The notes under the pieces: generated by a model | Database searches by the model: none | What the model was told of the DNA's origin: nothing | Seen by the model: only the letters and a program-made list of their open reading frames with translations | Shown: positions 20,049 to 29,097 of the stretch, one piece after another | How the letters are laid out: each line of letters starts with the position of its first letter | Numbering within the stretch: position 1 is the stretch's first letter | From: Planctomycetota bacterium | GTDB taxonomy: Bacteria; Planctomycetota; B15-G4 | Assembly: GCA_038212275.1 (NCBI GenBank) | Contig: JBBQUR010000011.1 | Span: forward strand, 64,001-128,000 | Length of the DNA stretch: 64,000 bases | Direction of reading: 5' to 3' | Translations under genes and position numbers: made by a program

Positions 20049-21575
20049 ATGTACCGAACGATCTGTGCCCTGCTGCTGTCTGCATGCCCCGCCATGTCAC
20101 AGGTGGTCTTCGAACCGCCGGTGGCCACGCCGCTCTTTCACGTCACGCAAGGCGTCATCAGCGCCGACCTGAATCTCGACGGTCACGTCGACCTGATCAC
20201 GATGCCGCGCTTTCCGGGCGGCTTCTCCACAGCGGCGTTCTCGGTGCTGCTGGGAAACGGCGATGGCGGCTTCGGAGCGCCGCTCTTCACGTCGCTGGGC
20301 GCGCAGAATGCCGGCCGCGGCCGCGTGGCCTTCCTGAACGATGATGCGATTCCCGATCTGGTGCTGCCCTTTCATCCGGGTGTCGAGTCGGTGCGACTCT
20401 TCTTCGGCGCGGGCGACGGCACCTTCCCGACCTCACAGACGATCAGCGTCGCCTTCGCGCAGTCGATCGCGGATGTCATCCCCGTCGACCTGACGGGTGA
20501 CGGCAAGCTCGATTTCTTCGTGCTCGATGCGGGCCTGTCGATCTTCCTGCCCGGCAGGCTGCTGGCCCTGGTGGCCGACGGAGCGGGCTACACGCTGGTC
20601 TCGGGTCCGTCGCTGCAATTGGGCGCCACTCACGTCGCACTGGGCGATGTGAACGGCGACGCCGTGCTCGATGCCGTCGTGGCAAATGACATCTCCGGCA
20701 GCCTCTCCATCGCGCTGGGCCTGGGAGCGGGCAACTTTGCCGCGCCGACGAACGTGGCCGTGGGCGGGTCGCCGCGCGACCTCGCCATGGCCGACTTCGA
20801 TGGCGACGGAAAGCTCGACCTCGCCTTCGCGGACGCCTCGTCCGCCAACCGCGTCGTGTTGATGCACGGCGATGGCGCAGGGCACTTCTCGACGGTGCAG
20901 ACGCTCATCCTCGCAGGCACTCCGTCGAGACTCTCGGTCGGCATGCTCGATCCGGACGCGATGCTCGACCTGGTCGTGAGCCGGTTCGGCAGTGGCGAAA
21001 TCACGGTGCTTCGCGGTGTCGGCGACGGCAGCTTCACGGTCGGCGTCACGGTGAGCCATGTCCCCAATGCCGACGGCTCGACGCTGGCGGACTTCGACGA
21101 GGATGGCCTCCCGGACGTCGCGGTCGGCTCCTACGTCGGCCTCGGCACCTTCGAGCCGTTCAGCAGCGTGTACGTGATGCGCAATCACACCTATTCGACG
21201 AGTTCTCCATTCCTCGACCTCGGACATGCGCTCGCGGGCAGCAAGGGCTACCCGATCCTGCTCGCGGAGGGCGACCTTCAACCGGCCACGCCCATGCAGC
21301 TGCGTCTGGCGAACGGCCTCCCGCTGGGACAGGCCACGCTGGTGCTTGGATTCCGCCAGATCGATGTGCCGTTCAAGGGCGGCGTCATGGTGCCGTCCGT
21401 CGACGTGCTCGTCCCGGGGCTGGCCATCGATGCGCAGGGCGGCGTGACGCTGGACGCGTCGTGGCCCGCCGGCGTCTCCTCAGGCCTCAGCTTCTTCGCG
21501 CAATACTGGTTCAAGGACCTTGCCGCACCGACGCACGAAGGCAGCTCGAGCGCGGTGCGGGTGATCACGCCGTAG
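20049..21575 (+). CDS. Secreted FG-GAP/VCBS repeat protein with PFKGG C-terminal domain
   Basis: Signal ending AMS-Q; DxNxDG..DL and GxGDGxF repeats; CTD 21210-21575. Confidence 0.85.
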   Translation: MYRTICALLLSACPAMSQVVFEPPVATPLFHVTQGVISADLNLDGHVDLITMPRFPGGFSTAAFSVLLGNGDGGFGAPLFTSLGAQNAGRGRVAFLNDDAIPDLVLPFHPGVESVRLFFGAGDGTFPTSQTISVAFAQSIADVIPVDLTGDGKLDFFVLDAGLSIFLPGRLLALVADGAGYTLVSGPSLQLGATHVALGDVNGDAVLDAVVANDISGSLSIALGLGAGNFAAPTNVAVGGSPRDLAMADFDGDGKLDLAFADASSANRVVLMHGDGAGHFSTVQTLILAGTPSRLSVGMLDPDAMLDLVVSRFGSGEITVLRGVGDGSFTVGVTVSHVPNADGSTLADFDEDGLPDVAVGSYVGLGTFEPFSSVYVMRNHTYSTSSPFLDLGHALAGSKGYPILLAEGDLQPATPMQLRLANGLPLGQATLVLGFRQIDVPFKGGVMVPSVDVLVPGLAIDAQGGVTLDASWPAGVSSGLSFFAQYWFKDLAAPTHEGSSSAVRVITP

Positions 21576-21781
21576 GCCGGCAAGCAACGCCTCGCACACG
21601 TCCTGGTTGCGCAGGGTCGGGAAGGGCCGATCGCTCATCGGGCTGCTGTCGCCATGCCGCTGCCGATTCCGTGATGAGTGATGCTTGACGCGGTCGTTCC
21701 CGGGTCCCCTGCCCTTCTCCGACCCTGCGCCTTGCTTCCTCCTCCCCCGCCTTCCATCCCCTCACGTCCCGGAGAGCACCC

Positions 21782-23071
21782 GTGATCCGCCCGACCCTTT
21801 CGATCCTGCTGCTTGGCCTGCTCTCGTTCCACGCCCCCGCCCAGCAGGTGTGGGTCGTGGACGACACCGCCGGCACCGGCGCTGATTTCTTCGAACCGCA
21901 GTCCGCGATCAACGCGGCCTCCGACGGCGACACGATCCTCGTGCGCGCCGGCTTCTACAACGCGGCGTTCATCATCGATGGCAAGTCGCTGACGGTCGCG
22001 GCCGACGCCGGCGCGGCGGCACATGTGCCGGGCTTCCGCGTGCGGAACCTGGCCGCGGGACAATCGGTGGCGGTCATCGGCCTGACCGCGGACCTGTTCG
22101 CCAACCAGTCGTTCACGCCCGGCGTCGAGGTCGTCAAGATCACGGAGTGCGCGGGGCCGGTCCTCGTCCAGGACTGCCTGCTTCCCGGCGGCACGCTGTT
22201 CGTCGTGGCGCCGCTGTTGCCGACGGTCCGCATCGTCAACGCCGCCGCCGTGAACTTCGAGCGCTGCACGCTGCTGGGTCGCATCGACACGCCGACGCTC
22301 TCGTCGTCCGTCGTCCTCACGGCGGAGGCGCTCAGCAGCACCGGTTCGCAGGTGCAACTCGCGCACTGCACCGTCACCGGTGCGGCCGGGCATGACGATG
22401 TGGCGCCCCACCCCGCGTCGCCGGGCAGGCAAGCCGTCACGCTGCTCGGCTCGCGCCTGATCCTTCAGGGAAGCACGATCACCGGAGGTCAGGGCGGCAA
22501 CGGCGGTTTCAGCCCGAGCTCGCAGTCGTGCTCGCTCGGCCAGCGGGGCGGCGACGGCATCGTGTTCGGCGATGCCGCATCCACCGCCGTGCAGCGTGCA
22601 TCGACCGTGAGCGGCGGTGCGGGTGGTATCGGCGGCGTCAACCCGGATCTCGGTTCCGGGTGCCCTGCCGGAGCCGACGGCGCGGCCTTCGCGGGACCGG
22701 GGCTGGCGACGAGCCTTCCCGGCGGCAGCGATCCGCTCGACATCGTTCCGGCGATCGTCCGCGAGGGCGGCGCCGGAACGCTGGTGCTGCACGGCACGTC
22801 GGGCAGCAGCGCATGGCTGCTGCCGGGCTTCGGCCAGTCGCAGCTCTGGTTGCCGGCGCACGCGGGCGTGCTGCTGCCGACGGCGACGGCGCTCATCGTC
22901 CCGCTCGGTGTGGTGCCGGCCTCGGGCGAGATCACGCTGCCTTACGTCGCGCCGGTGCTGCCGGCGGGCGTCACGGGCGTCACCCTGGTGCTGCAATCGG
23001 CCAGCGTCGGCGCGGGACCGGTGCTGCTCGGCGGCGGCGGCGCGCTCGTGATCATCGACGCGGCTCTCTGA
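21782..23071 (+). CDS. Secreted beta-helix-like, Gly-rich protein with divergent C-terminal domain
   Basis: GGAG RBS; signal ending APA-Q; QSAINAASDGDTILVRAGFY (typical beta-helix N-cap); GGxGG repeats. Confidence 0.75.
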   Translation: MIRPTLSILLLGLLSFHAPAQQVWVVDDTAGTGADFFEPQSAINAASDGDTILVRAGFYNAAFIIDGKSLTVAADAGAAAHVPGFRVRNLAAGQSVAVIGLTADLFANQSFTPGVEVVKITECAGPVLVQDCLLPGGTLFVVAPLLPTVRIVNAAAVNFERCTLLGRIDTPTLSSSVVLTAEALSSTGSQVQLAHCTVTGAAGHDDVAPHPASPGRQAVTLLGSRLILQGSTITGGQGGNGGFSPSSQSCSLGQRGGDGIVFGDAASTAVQRASTVSGGAGGIGGVNPDLGSGCPAGADGAAFAGPGLATSLPGGSDPLDIVPAIVREGGAGTLVLHGTSGSSAWLLPGFGQSQLWLPAHAGVLLPTATALIVPLGVVPASGEITLPYVAPVLPAGVTGVTLVLQSASVGAGPVLLGGGGALVIIDAAL

Positions 23072-23107
23072 GCGCCGCGCCCCCGGCTGCGCGGCCGTCC
23101 GGCACGC

Positions 23108-23566
23108 TCAGCGGGAGACAGGGATGACGTCCTGATCGACGCCGCGGCGTGCGAGCACCGCTCTCCACGCCGCGGCCTCGACGAGGCAGCCGCGGCGGTC
23201 GTACATCCTCGCCGTCTCGCGGGCGATGCGCAGCGTGTCGGGATGCGCCGCGCCCAGCGCCTCCTCGACGACCTGGTTCGCGCGCAGAAGCAGTGGCTCG
23301 GCCTCCTCGACCTTTCCGAGGTCGACGAGGCAACGTGCAAGGTCACCGCTGAAGGAACCCGTGACGCGGTTGTGCTCGCCCCAGATGGCCATCGCTCCGT
23401 CGACGGCTTCCCGCAGCAGCGGCTCGGCCTCGGCCGGGCGGCCGAGGATGGACAGCGTGAGGCCGAGGTCGTGCGTGGCGGCGACCACATCGCGATGCCC
23501 AGGCTCGTGCAGGGCGAGCACCGTGGTCCTGAGCCGCCGCACCTCGCTCCACGTCGCGCGGATCAC
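23108..23566 (-). pseudogene. TPR-only remnant of an ECF-associated Ser/Thr kinase (kinase domain apparently deleted in frame)
   Basis: GTGA overlap with ECF stop; MIRATWSEVRRL joined directly to TPRs (EAEPLLREA, LGAAHPDT). Confidence 0.6.
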
Positions 23567-24159
23567 GGGAGGCCAGGCCCGCGGGCCGGAGGCTCCGCGT
23601 CCAGTCCGATCGCATCGTGCAACCACGCGCGCGCCGTGCGCCAGCCGCGCTCCACGGTGCGCGAGGACACGCCGAGAACCTCGGCGATCTCGTCGTGCGT
23701 GAGCTGGCCGAAGAAGCGCAGCTCCACGATGCGCGCGAGCTGCTCGTCGAGCGCCGCGAGGCGGTCGAGAGCCTCATCGAGCGCGAGGAGGTGATGGGCC
23801 TGCTCCTCGACGACCAGCGCGTCCTCGGTGAGCGTGAGCCGCCGCATCCCGCCGCCGCGTTTCTCGGCGCCGCGGGCGCGCGCTTGATCGACGACCACGG
23901 AGCGCATGGCCTTGGCCGCCATGCCGAGAAAGTGCGCGCGGCTGGCGTAGTGGCGCTCGGCCGGCGCCACCAGCTTGAGGAAGGCCTCGTGCACCAGCGC
24001 CGTGGGCTGGAGCACGCGCTCGCCCGCATGCCGGGCGAGGCAGCCCTCCGCGAGCCGGTGCAACTCCGCGTAGATCAACGGGAACAACTCGTTGCCCGCC
24101 GCCTGGTCGCCCGCGCTCCAGCGTTCGAGAAGAAGGGTGATGCTCGTGGAGGCGGTCAT
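23563..24159 (-). CDS. ECF sigma factor, TIGR02999/kinase-associated type
   Basis: LFPLIY.ELHRLA, LQPTALVHEAFLKL, AM.SVVVD.AR, IVELRFFG, TVERGW..ARAWL. Confidence 0.92.
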   Translation of the reverse strand: MTASTSITLLLERWSAGDQAAGNELFPLIYAELHRLAEGCLARHAGERVLQPTALVHEAFLKLVAPAERHYASRAHFLGMAAKAMRSVVVDQARARGAEKRGGGMRRLTLTEDALVVEEQAHHLLALDEALDRLAALDEQLARIVELRFFGQLTHDEIAEVLGVSSRTVERGWRTARAWLHDAIGLDAEPPARGPGLP

Positions 24160-24269
24160 GACGTGGCCGGATTGTTGACCGCGAGGTCCATCCCGGCAAG
24201 GTCGATCACGAGCGGGCAGCGAGGATTGCCCGGTGCCGCTGCACCACGCTTCGCACTTAGGATGTCGCC

Positions 24270-24731
24270 ATGAGCCGAGCCTTCATCAAGGAACCCGAGA
24301 GCTCCGGCCCCGCCTGCCCGGAGCCGCCGGGATGCGGCGGCCTCGGCGTGCCGGTGTCGCGCGTGACCCTGCTGGCGCGACTGCGTCCCGAAGCCGCCGC
24401 GCGCTTCGCGGCCGCGGGCTACTTCTGCCCCGACCCGGCGTGCGAGGTCGCCTACTTCGATGCCGGGCGGGAGCGGGCCATGCGGAGCGAGCTGCTCGCA
24501 CCCGCCTGGCCCAAGCACGCGGACGCGCCGCTGTGCGCGTGCTTCGGCCTCGCGCGGGACCTCTTCGAGGACTTCGGTCGCCGCGGCGACAAGGCCGCCA
24601 TGCGCGCCTTCCTCGAACGCACGGTCTCGGCCGAAGCGCGTTGCGAGAGCCGCGCCGCCGATGGCCGCTGCTGCGCCACCGAGGCCCGGCGCGTGTTCCT
24701 CCGCGCGCTGGAGAACGCCGCGGAGACGTGA
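24270..24731 (+). CDS. Cys-rich metal-binding protein (CopZ zinc-binding / BFD-like 2Fe-2S chaperone-like)
   Basis: CP...CG, YFCPDP.CEVAYF, LC.CFG, C......GRCC. Confidence 0.65.
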   Translation: MSRAFIKEPESSGPACPEPPGCGGLGVPVSRVTLLARLRPEAAARFAAAGYFCPDPACEVAYFDAGRERAMRSELLAPAWPKHADAPLCACFGLARDLFEDFGRRGDKAAMRAFLERTVSAEARCESRAADGRCCATEARRVFLRALENAAET

Positions 24732-25069
24732 GCTCCCGGCCTGACGGACGTCACGCGCCCTGACCCGCTCACTCCATCCGCACACTGTCGAGCTGCAGGG
24801 ACCGCAGCAGACATGCGCTCTTTCCAGCGCGAGCGGAAGCGTGAGCCGCCACTTGCTGTCTCGCTCCGTTCAACACCCGTGACGGCGACAGGGTGCGATG
24901 CGGCAGGGGCCGTCTGCGCGAGCCGGCGCGGGATCCCAGGCGCGACGATGACCGGCATGACTGCGCACCGTCTGTACAATTCGCACACGTCGAGGTGGCG
25001 CGGCGCCACGTGCGCGCCGGGCGAGTCGATGCCGTGCCAGCACCCGCAGTGCACGTCGCCGGCACTGCA

Positions 25070-25160
25070 GCGCGCTCCGCGGGTGCTGCGCGCTCCGCGG
25101 GTGCTGCGTGCTCGGCGCGGGTGCTGCGTGCTCCGCGGGTGCTGCGTGCTCGGCGCGGGT
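25070..25160. repeat. 18/20-bp tandem repeat, 5 copies
   Basis: gcg(c/t)gctc(c|ggc)gcgggtgct x5. Confidence 0.85.
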
Positions 25161-25371
25161 CCGGTGGGGCGGCGCGGATTGGCATCCGGATTGCACTGGC
25201 CATCGACGGGCGATGCCACGATCGCCAGAGCGGCCGCCCGTCGCCGAACTGAACGAAGCGCCAGGCGGCGGCAGACGTGGCGTGGCTGACGTGGCGTGGC
25301 TGATGCAGTGCCTGATTCCTGTTTGCGGACGATCGACAGCGTTCGACGCCTCGACTCCCATCGGAAGCATC

Positions 25372-25779
25372 ATGTTCGAGAAACTCTCGCGGAGCTGGCG
25401 CCAGTTCAAGCAGGCCAGACCAGGCCAGCGCTTCCAGGATGCCCGCAGGCGCCGCCGTCAGGAGAAGGCGAGCGGGGCGGGTTCGGCGCTCTTCATCGCC
25501 CTGGGCATCGCGCTCGCCCTGCTCGGCGTCGTGGCGCTCTTCTTTCCAGGACCAGGCATTCTCTTCATCGCGATGGGTGCAGCGCTCATCGCCCGAGAGT
25601 CGATGAAGATGGCCCGAGCGATGGATGCCATCGAGCTCCGGCTGCGGCGTCTCGCGGCGCATGTCAGGCGAAGGTGGCAGCACACGGCGCTGATGCCGCG
25701 TGTGGCGGTCGTCTTCCTCGCGGCGGCTGCCGTGGGCGCTGCCGGAGTCGGCGCCTGGCTCCACTTCCGCCCGTTCTGA
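25372..25779 (+). CDS. Small membrane protein, PGPGW-like
   Basis: TM hairpin around FFPGPG followed by LIARE; C-terminal TM. Confidence 0.65.
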   Translation: MFEKLSRSWRQFKQARPGQRFQDARRRRRQEKASGAGSALFIALGIALALLGVVALFFPGPGILFIAMGAALIARESMKMARAMDAIELRLRRLAAHVRRRWQHTALMPRVAVVFLAAAAVGAAGVGAWLHFRPF

Positions 25780-25794
25780 TTCCGCCCGTTCTGA
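25765..25794. repeat. Perfect 15-bp direct duplication including a stop codon
   Basis: ttccgcccgttctga x2. Confidence 0.85.
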
Positions 25795-25856
25795 AGCGTT
25801 GCACGCCCGACTGGCTGCGAGAACGCGGCTCGGAAGGCGCCCGGGAGCAGGAGCGA

Positions 25857-26081
25857 TCAGCGGTTGGGGGGCGAGCCGCGCCTGACCCTGGCCACCTTGC
25901 GGATCGCTTCGGGTTCCGACAGGACCTTCAACTTGCCTCCGGCCTTCTGCGCAAGATCGCGAGCGATCGCGACCGCCTCGCCCCAGGTCGGCATGATCGC
26001 GCACGGATGCGGCGTGTTGCCGCGGCGGACGCACCACGTACCATCGGTGCGCGGGCCGACGCTGATGTCGATGATGTTCAC
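25857..26081 (-). CDS. Small DUF2188-like protein
   Basis: GAGGA RBS, GTG start; V.PR.DG.W.VRR.......T..EA.A.AR.LA...GG.L.V pattern. Confidence 0.55.
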   Translation of the reverse strand: MNIIDISVGPRTDGTWCVRRGNTPHPCAIMPTWGEAVAIARDLAQKAGGKLKVLSEPEAIRKVARVRRGSPPNR

Positions 26082-26271
26082 GAATGGGTTCCTCGGGATT
26101 GCATCGCTGTACAACACGCGCTCCCGGCCGAGGGTTCGGACGACTTCCGCGGTGGTGGCAACGGAAAGAGCAGGCCGCGTGAAACGCCGGAGCGGGACTT
26201 CGGCTTCAGGGATAACGTGTCGGCGCGAGGCCGGCCGTGCCGCTCGCCCTCCCCATCTCGGAATCGCTGCC

Positions 26272-27750
26272 ATGACACTCACGCTGCGAGTCGCCCTCTG
26301 CCTTGCCGTACTGGCCTTCCTCGGCGCAGAGATCTCCGCGCAGGGCGGCGGCTTCCACGCGGGCGAACTCTTCGTCTACACCAACGGCCTGACGTCGCCC
26401 GGCTACACCGGTGGCGGCATCATGCGCGTGGACCCGGTGACCGGCGCGAGCTCCGTGCTCGTGCAGACTCTGGGCGCGTACGACTTCACGGGCTCGATCG
26501 CCTTCGACCCGTACCGCCAGCGGCTCGTCTTCATCGCGGCGCTGCCGGGCGTCGATCCCTCGCCCAGGAACTATCTCTGGTTCGCGGACGGCGCCGGCAA
26601 CGTGCAGAACGTCTCCAAGCCCATCTTTCCCGAGGGCGTTCTCATGAACAGCATCGCGCCGACGCGCGATGGCCGCATCTACGCTTACGCGGTCATCAAC
26701 ACCACCGAGCCCCTGCGCTGGTTCGACGCGGCCAACCAGATTCACGTGCTGTACGACGCCGACGGCGTCACGCCGATGAAGATCGACGGTGACGGCTCCT
26801 ATCTGATGAACGGCATGATCCACGATGCGGGCACCAACGCGCTGTTCGTCGCCTCCACCAGGCCGAAGCCGGGCTTCCCGGAGGCGGCCGTCAACGTGCG
26901 CAAGCTGCCGCTCTCGCCCGATGGCTCGCGCGTCGTCGGCCCGGTCGGCAACGTGCAGTTCGAGATCAGCGCCAATCCGCCGGCTGCGAGCAGCGGCGAA
27001 ACGCCGCGCGGATGGAGCTACGGCCCGAACGGTCAGCTCGTGCTCGTCATCCTGTCCATCGACACCGAGGTCATGCCGCGCATGTTGCTCGTCGATCCGG
27101 TGACGTCGGCCATCTCCGTGTGGGGCAGCAACGGCGACACGATGATTCCCAATGGCGTCAGCACCAACACGGGCGGCGCCTACTGCTCCACGCTGAACAA
27201 GGTGGTCATGTCGGACTACTGGAACTCCAAGCTGCGCGCCTACGCGCAGGGTTCCACCGGCGGGCCGGGCAGCGTCATCCCGACCAGCCCGGTCTCGCCC
27301 ACGGGAAACGGCTACTACCTGAATGTCGTCGCGGTGCCGCCCGATGCGTGCACCGGCGGCTGGATCGCCTACGGCGTCGGACTCAAGGGCGCGGGCGATC
27401 TCGTGCCGAAGCTCATCGGTGCGGGCTGCGCCGAGCCTGGTGCCTCGATCACGCTGAAGATTTCCAACGCGGTCGGCGGCGCGAACGCGGCTCTCTTCGT
27501 CGGCCTCTCGCAGGGCGCGCTGCCCTTCAAGGGAGGCACGTTTCACCTCGGCTCCGCGCTGCTCACGATCAACCTGCCGCTGGGTGGCACGCCCGGCGCG
27601 GCCGGCGCGGGCGCGCTCACGCTGCCCACGTCGCTGCCGGCACTTCCGGCGCTTGCGGGCATGAGCATCTACCTGCAGGCCGCATGCAGCGACGCGGCCG
27701 CCGTGAAGGGCGTCTCGCTCACGCAGGGGCTCGAGCTGGAGATCGGCTGA
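26272..27750 (+). CDS. Secreted beta-rich protein with PFKGG C-terminal domain
   Basis: Signal ending ISA-Q; VDPVT repeats; CTD 27361-27750. Confidence 0.8.
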   Translation: MTLTLRVALCLAVLAFLGAEISAQGGGFHAGELFVYTNGLTSPGYTGGGIMRVDPVTGASSVLVQTLGAYDFTGSIAFDPYRQRLVFIAALPGVDPSPRNYLWFADGAGNVQNVSKPIFPEGVLMNSIAPTRDGRIYAYAVINTTEPLRWFDAANQIHVLYDADGVTPMKIDGDGSYLMNGMIHDAGTNALFVASTRPKPGFPEAAVNVRKLPLSPDGSRVVGPVGNVQFEISANPPAASSGETPRGWSYGPNGQLVLVILSIDTEVMPRMLLVDPVTSAISVWGSNGDTMIPNGVSTNTGGAYCSTLNKVVMSDYWNSKLRAYAQGSTGGPGSVIPTSPVSPTGNGYYLNVVAVPPDACTGGWIAYGVGLKGAGDLVPKLIGAGCAEPGASITLKISNAVGGANAALFVGLSQGALPFKGGTFHLGSALLTINLPLGGTPGAAGAGALTLPTSLPALPALAGMSIYLQAACSDAAAVKGVSLTQGLELEIG

Positions 27751-27915
27751 AGCCGGAGGCGACGAGGCGAGCTGCCGCCGTGCGCAGCGTCGCCCCGCAC
27801 GCTCAGTGCGCGGCGACGTCGTTCCACAGGACGCGGACGCCATCGCCCGTTCCGAACAGCCTGATGCGCGTGAGGGGACTCCGCCAGGATGTTCCGTCCG
27901 TGCCACCGGAAAGAT

Positions 27916-28899
27916 TCAGGCGCGCGTCGGGACCTCGACCGCGTGCGCGCGGCGGGTCTCCTTGCGGCCCTTGCGCAGGATGGTCAGCTCCAGCTCGCGG
28001 CCCAGGGCCTCGCCGTCGAGCATGCGGTGCAGGTCCGCGACGGACTGCACGGGCCGGCCGTCGAGGCCGACGATGATGTCGCCGGGGATGAGTCCGGCAG
28101 CCGCTGCGGGGCTTTCCTTCTCGATGCCGCGCACGGCGACGCCGCGTGCGTGCTCCAGCGCGTTGACGGACACGACGCGCGCCGGCAGCAGCACCTCCTC
28201 GACGCCGAGGCCGAGCCACGCGCGCCGCACGCGCCCATGCCGCAGGAATTCGGCAATCACGAAGCTGGCGGTGTTGGACGGGATCGCGAAGCACAAACCC
28301 TGCGCCGGCATGAACACGGCGGTGTTGATGCCGATGACGCGCCCCTCGCTGTCCAGCAGCGGGCCGCCGGAGTTTCCGGGGTTGAGCGGCGCATCGGTCT
28401 GAATGACACCCTCGATGGCGCGGCCCTGCGCGCCACCCAGCGTGCGGCCGAGCGCCGAGACGATGCCCGAGGTCACGGTGAACGAGAGCCCGTACGGCGA
28501 GCCGACCGCGATGGCGTAGTCCCCCACGCGCAGACTGTTGCTGTCACCGAGGTGCGCGCACGGGAACTTGCCGTCCGAGCTCAGGCGCAGCAGCGCGAGG
28601 TCGCTGGCCGGGTCGTCGCCGACGAGGTCCGCGAGCAGCGTGCGTCCGTCCGCCAGCGTGGCCTCGATGCCGGCGCTGCCGTGCACGACGTGGCTGTTGG
28701 TGAGCGCGTAGCCATCCGGCGTGACGAGGACGCCCGAGCCGCCCGCGATGCCGCCACCCGAGCCGTCGTCGCGCCCGCGGCGGGATGAGCGCCCCGCGCC
28801 CCGAAGTGTGCGGATGTTGAGGACGGAAGGCGCCACCGAATCGACGATGGCCGCCACTTCGTTGGAGAGCGAACGCATGATGTTCATGCGCGCCGTCAT
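27916..28899 (-). CDS. HtrA/S1C serine protease with PDZ domain, no signal peptide
   Basis: GSGV, LTNSHVV, DLALL, IQTDAPLNPGNSGGPL, C-terminal PDZ; start 28899 or 28887. Confidence 0.92.
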   Translation of the reverse strand: MTARMNIMRSLSNEVAAIVDSVAPSVLNIRTLRGAGRSSRRGRDDGSGGGIAGGSGVLVTPDGYALTNSHVVHGSAGIEATLADGRTLLADLVGDDPASDLALLRLSSDGKFPCAHLGDSNSLRVGDYAIAVGSPYGLSFTVTSGIVSALGRTLGGAQGRAIEGVIQTDAPLNPGNSGGPLLDSEGRVIGINTAVFMPAQGLCFAIPSNTASFVIAEFLRHGRVRRAWLGLGVEEVLLPARVVSVNALEHARGVAVRGIEKESPAAAAGLIPGDIIVGLDGRPVQSVADLHRMLDGEALGRELELTILRKGRKETRRAHAVEVPTRA

Positions 28900-28949
28900 A
28901 GCGCGCCCCCCGAAGCCTGGCAGCGCTCCGGTCAGGCGCACACACCACT

Positions 28950-29010
28950 CGCGGCCGAAGGCCTGGGCACGCGGCCGAAGGCCCGGGCTCGCGGCCGAAG
29001 GCCCGGCCAC
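28950..29010. repeat. 20-bp tandem repeat, 3 copies, upstream of the protease gene
   Basis: cgcggccgaaggcc(t/c)gg.c. x3. Confidence 0.8.
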
Positions 29011-29097
29011 GCCGGATGTCGCGGGGGCAGTTGCCGCAACGCACCGTGCACGGACGCCGCGGGGCGCCCGTGCACGGCCGTCGGAGCAGGTGGCGCG

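Noticed and set aside
25070..25160. Possible CRISPR array (also 968, 28950, 39218)
   Set aside because: Contiguous tandem units with no unique spacers, and no cas genes
25765..25794. 15-bp duplication as an insertion target site or att site
   Set aside because: The copies are adjacent with no element between them, and no integrase or transposase is in the window
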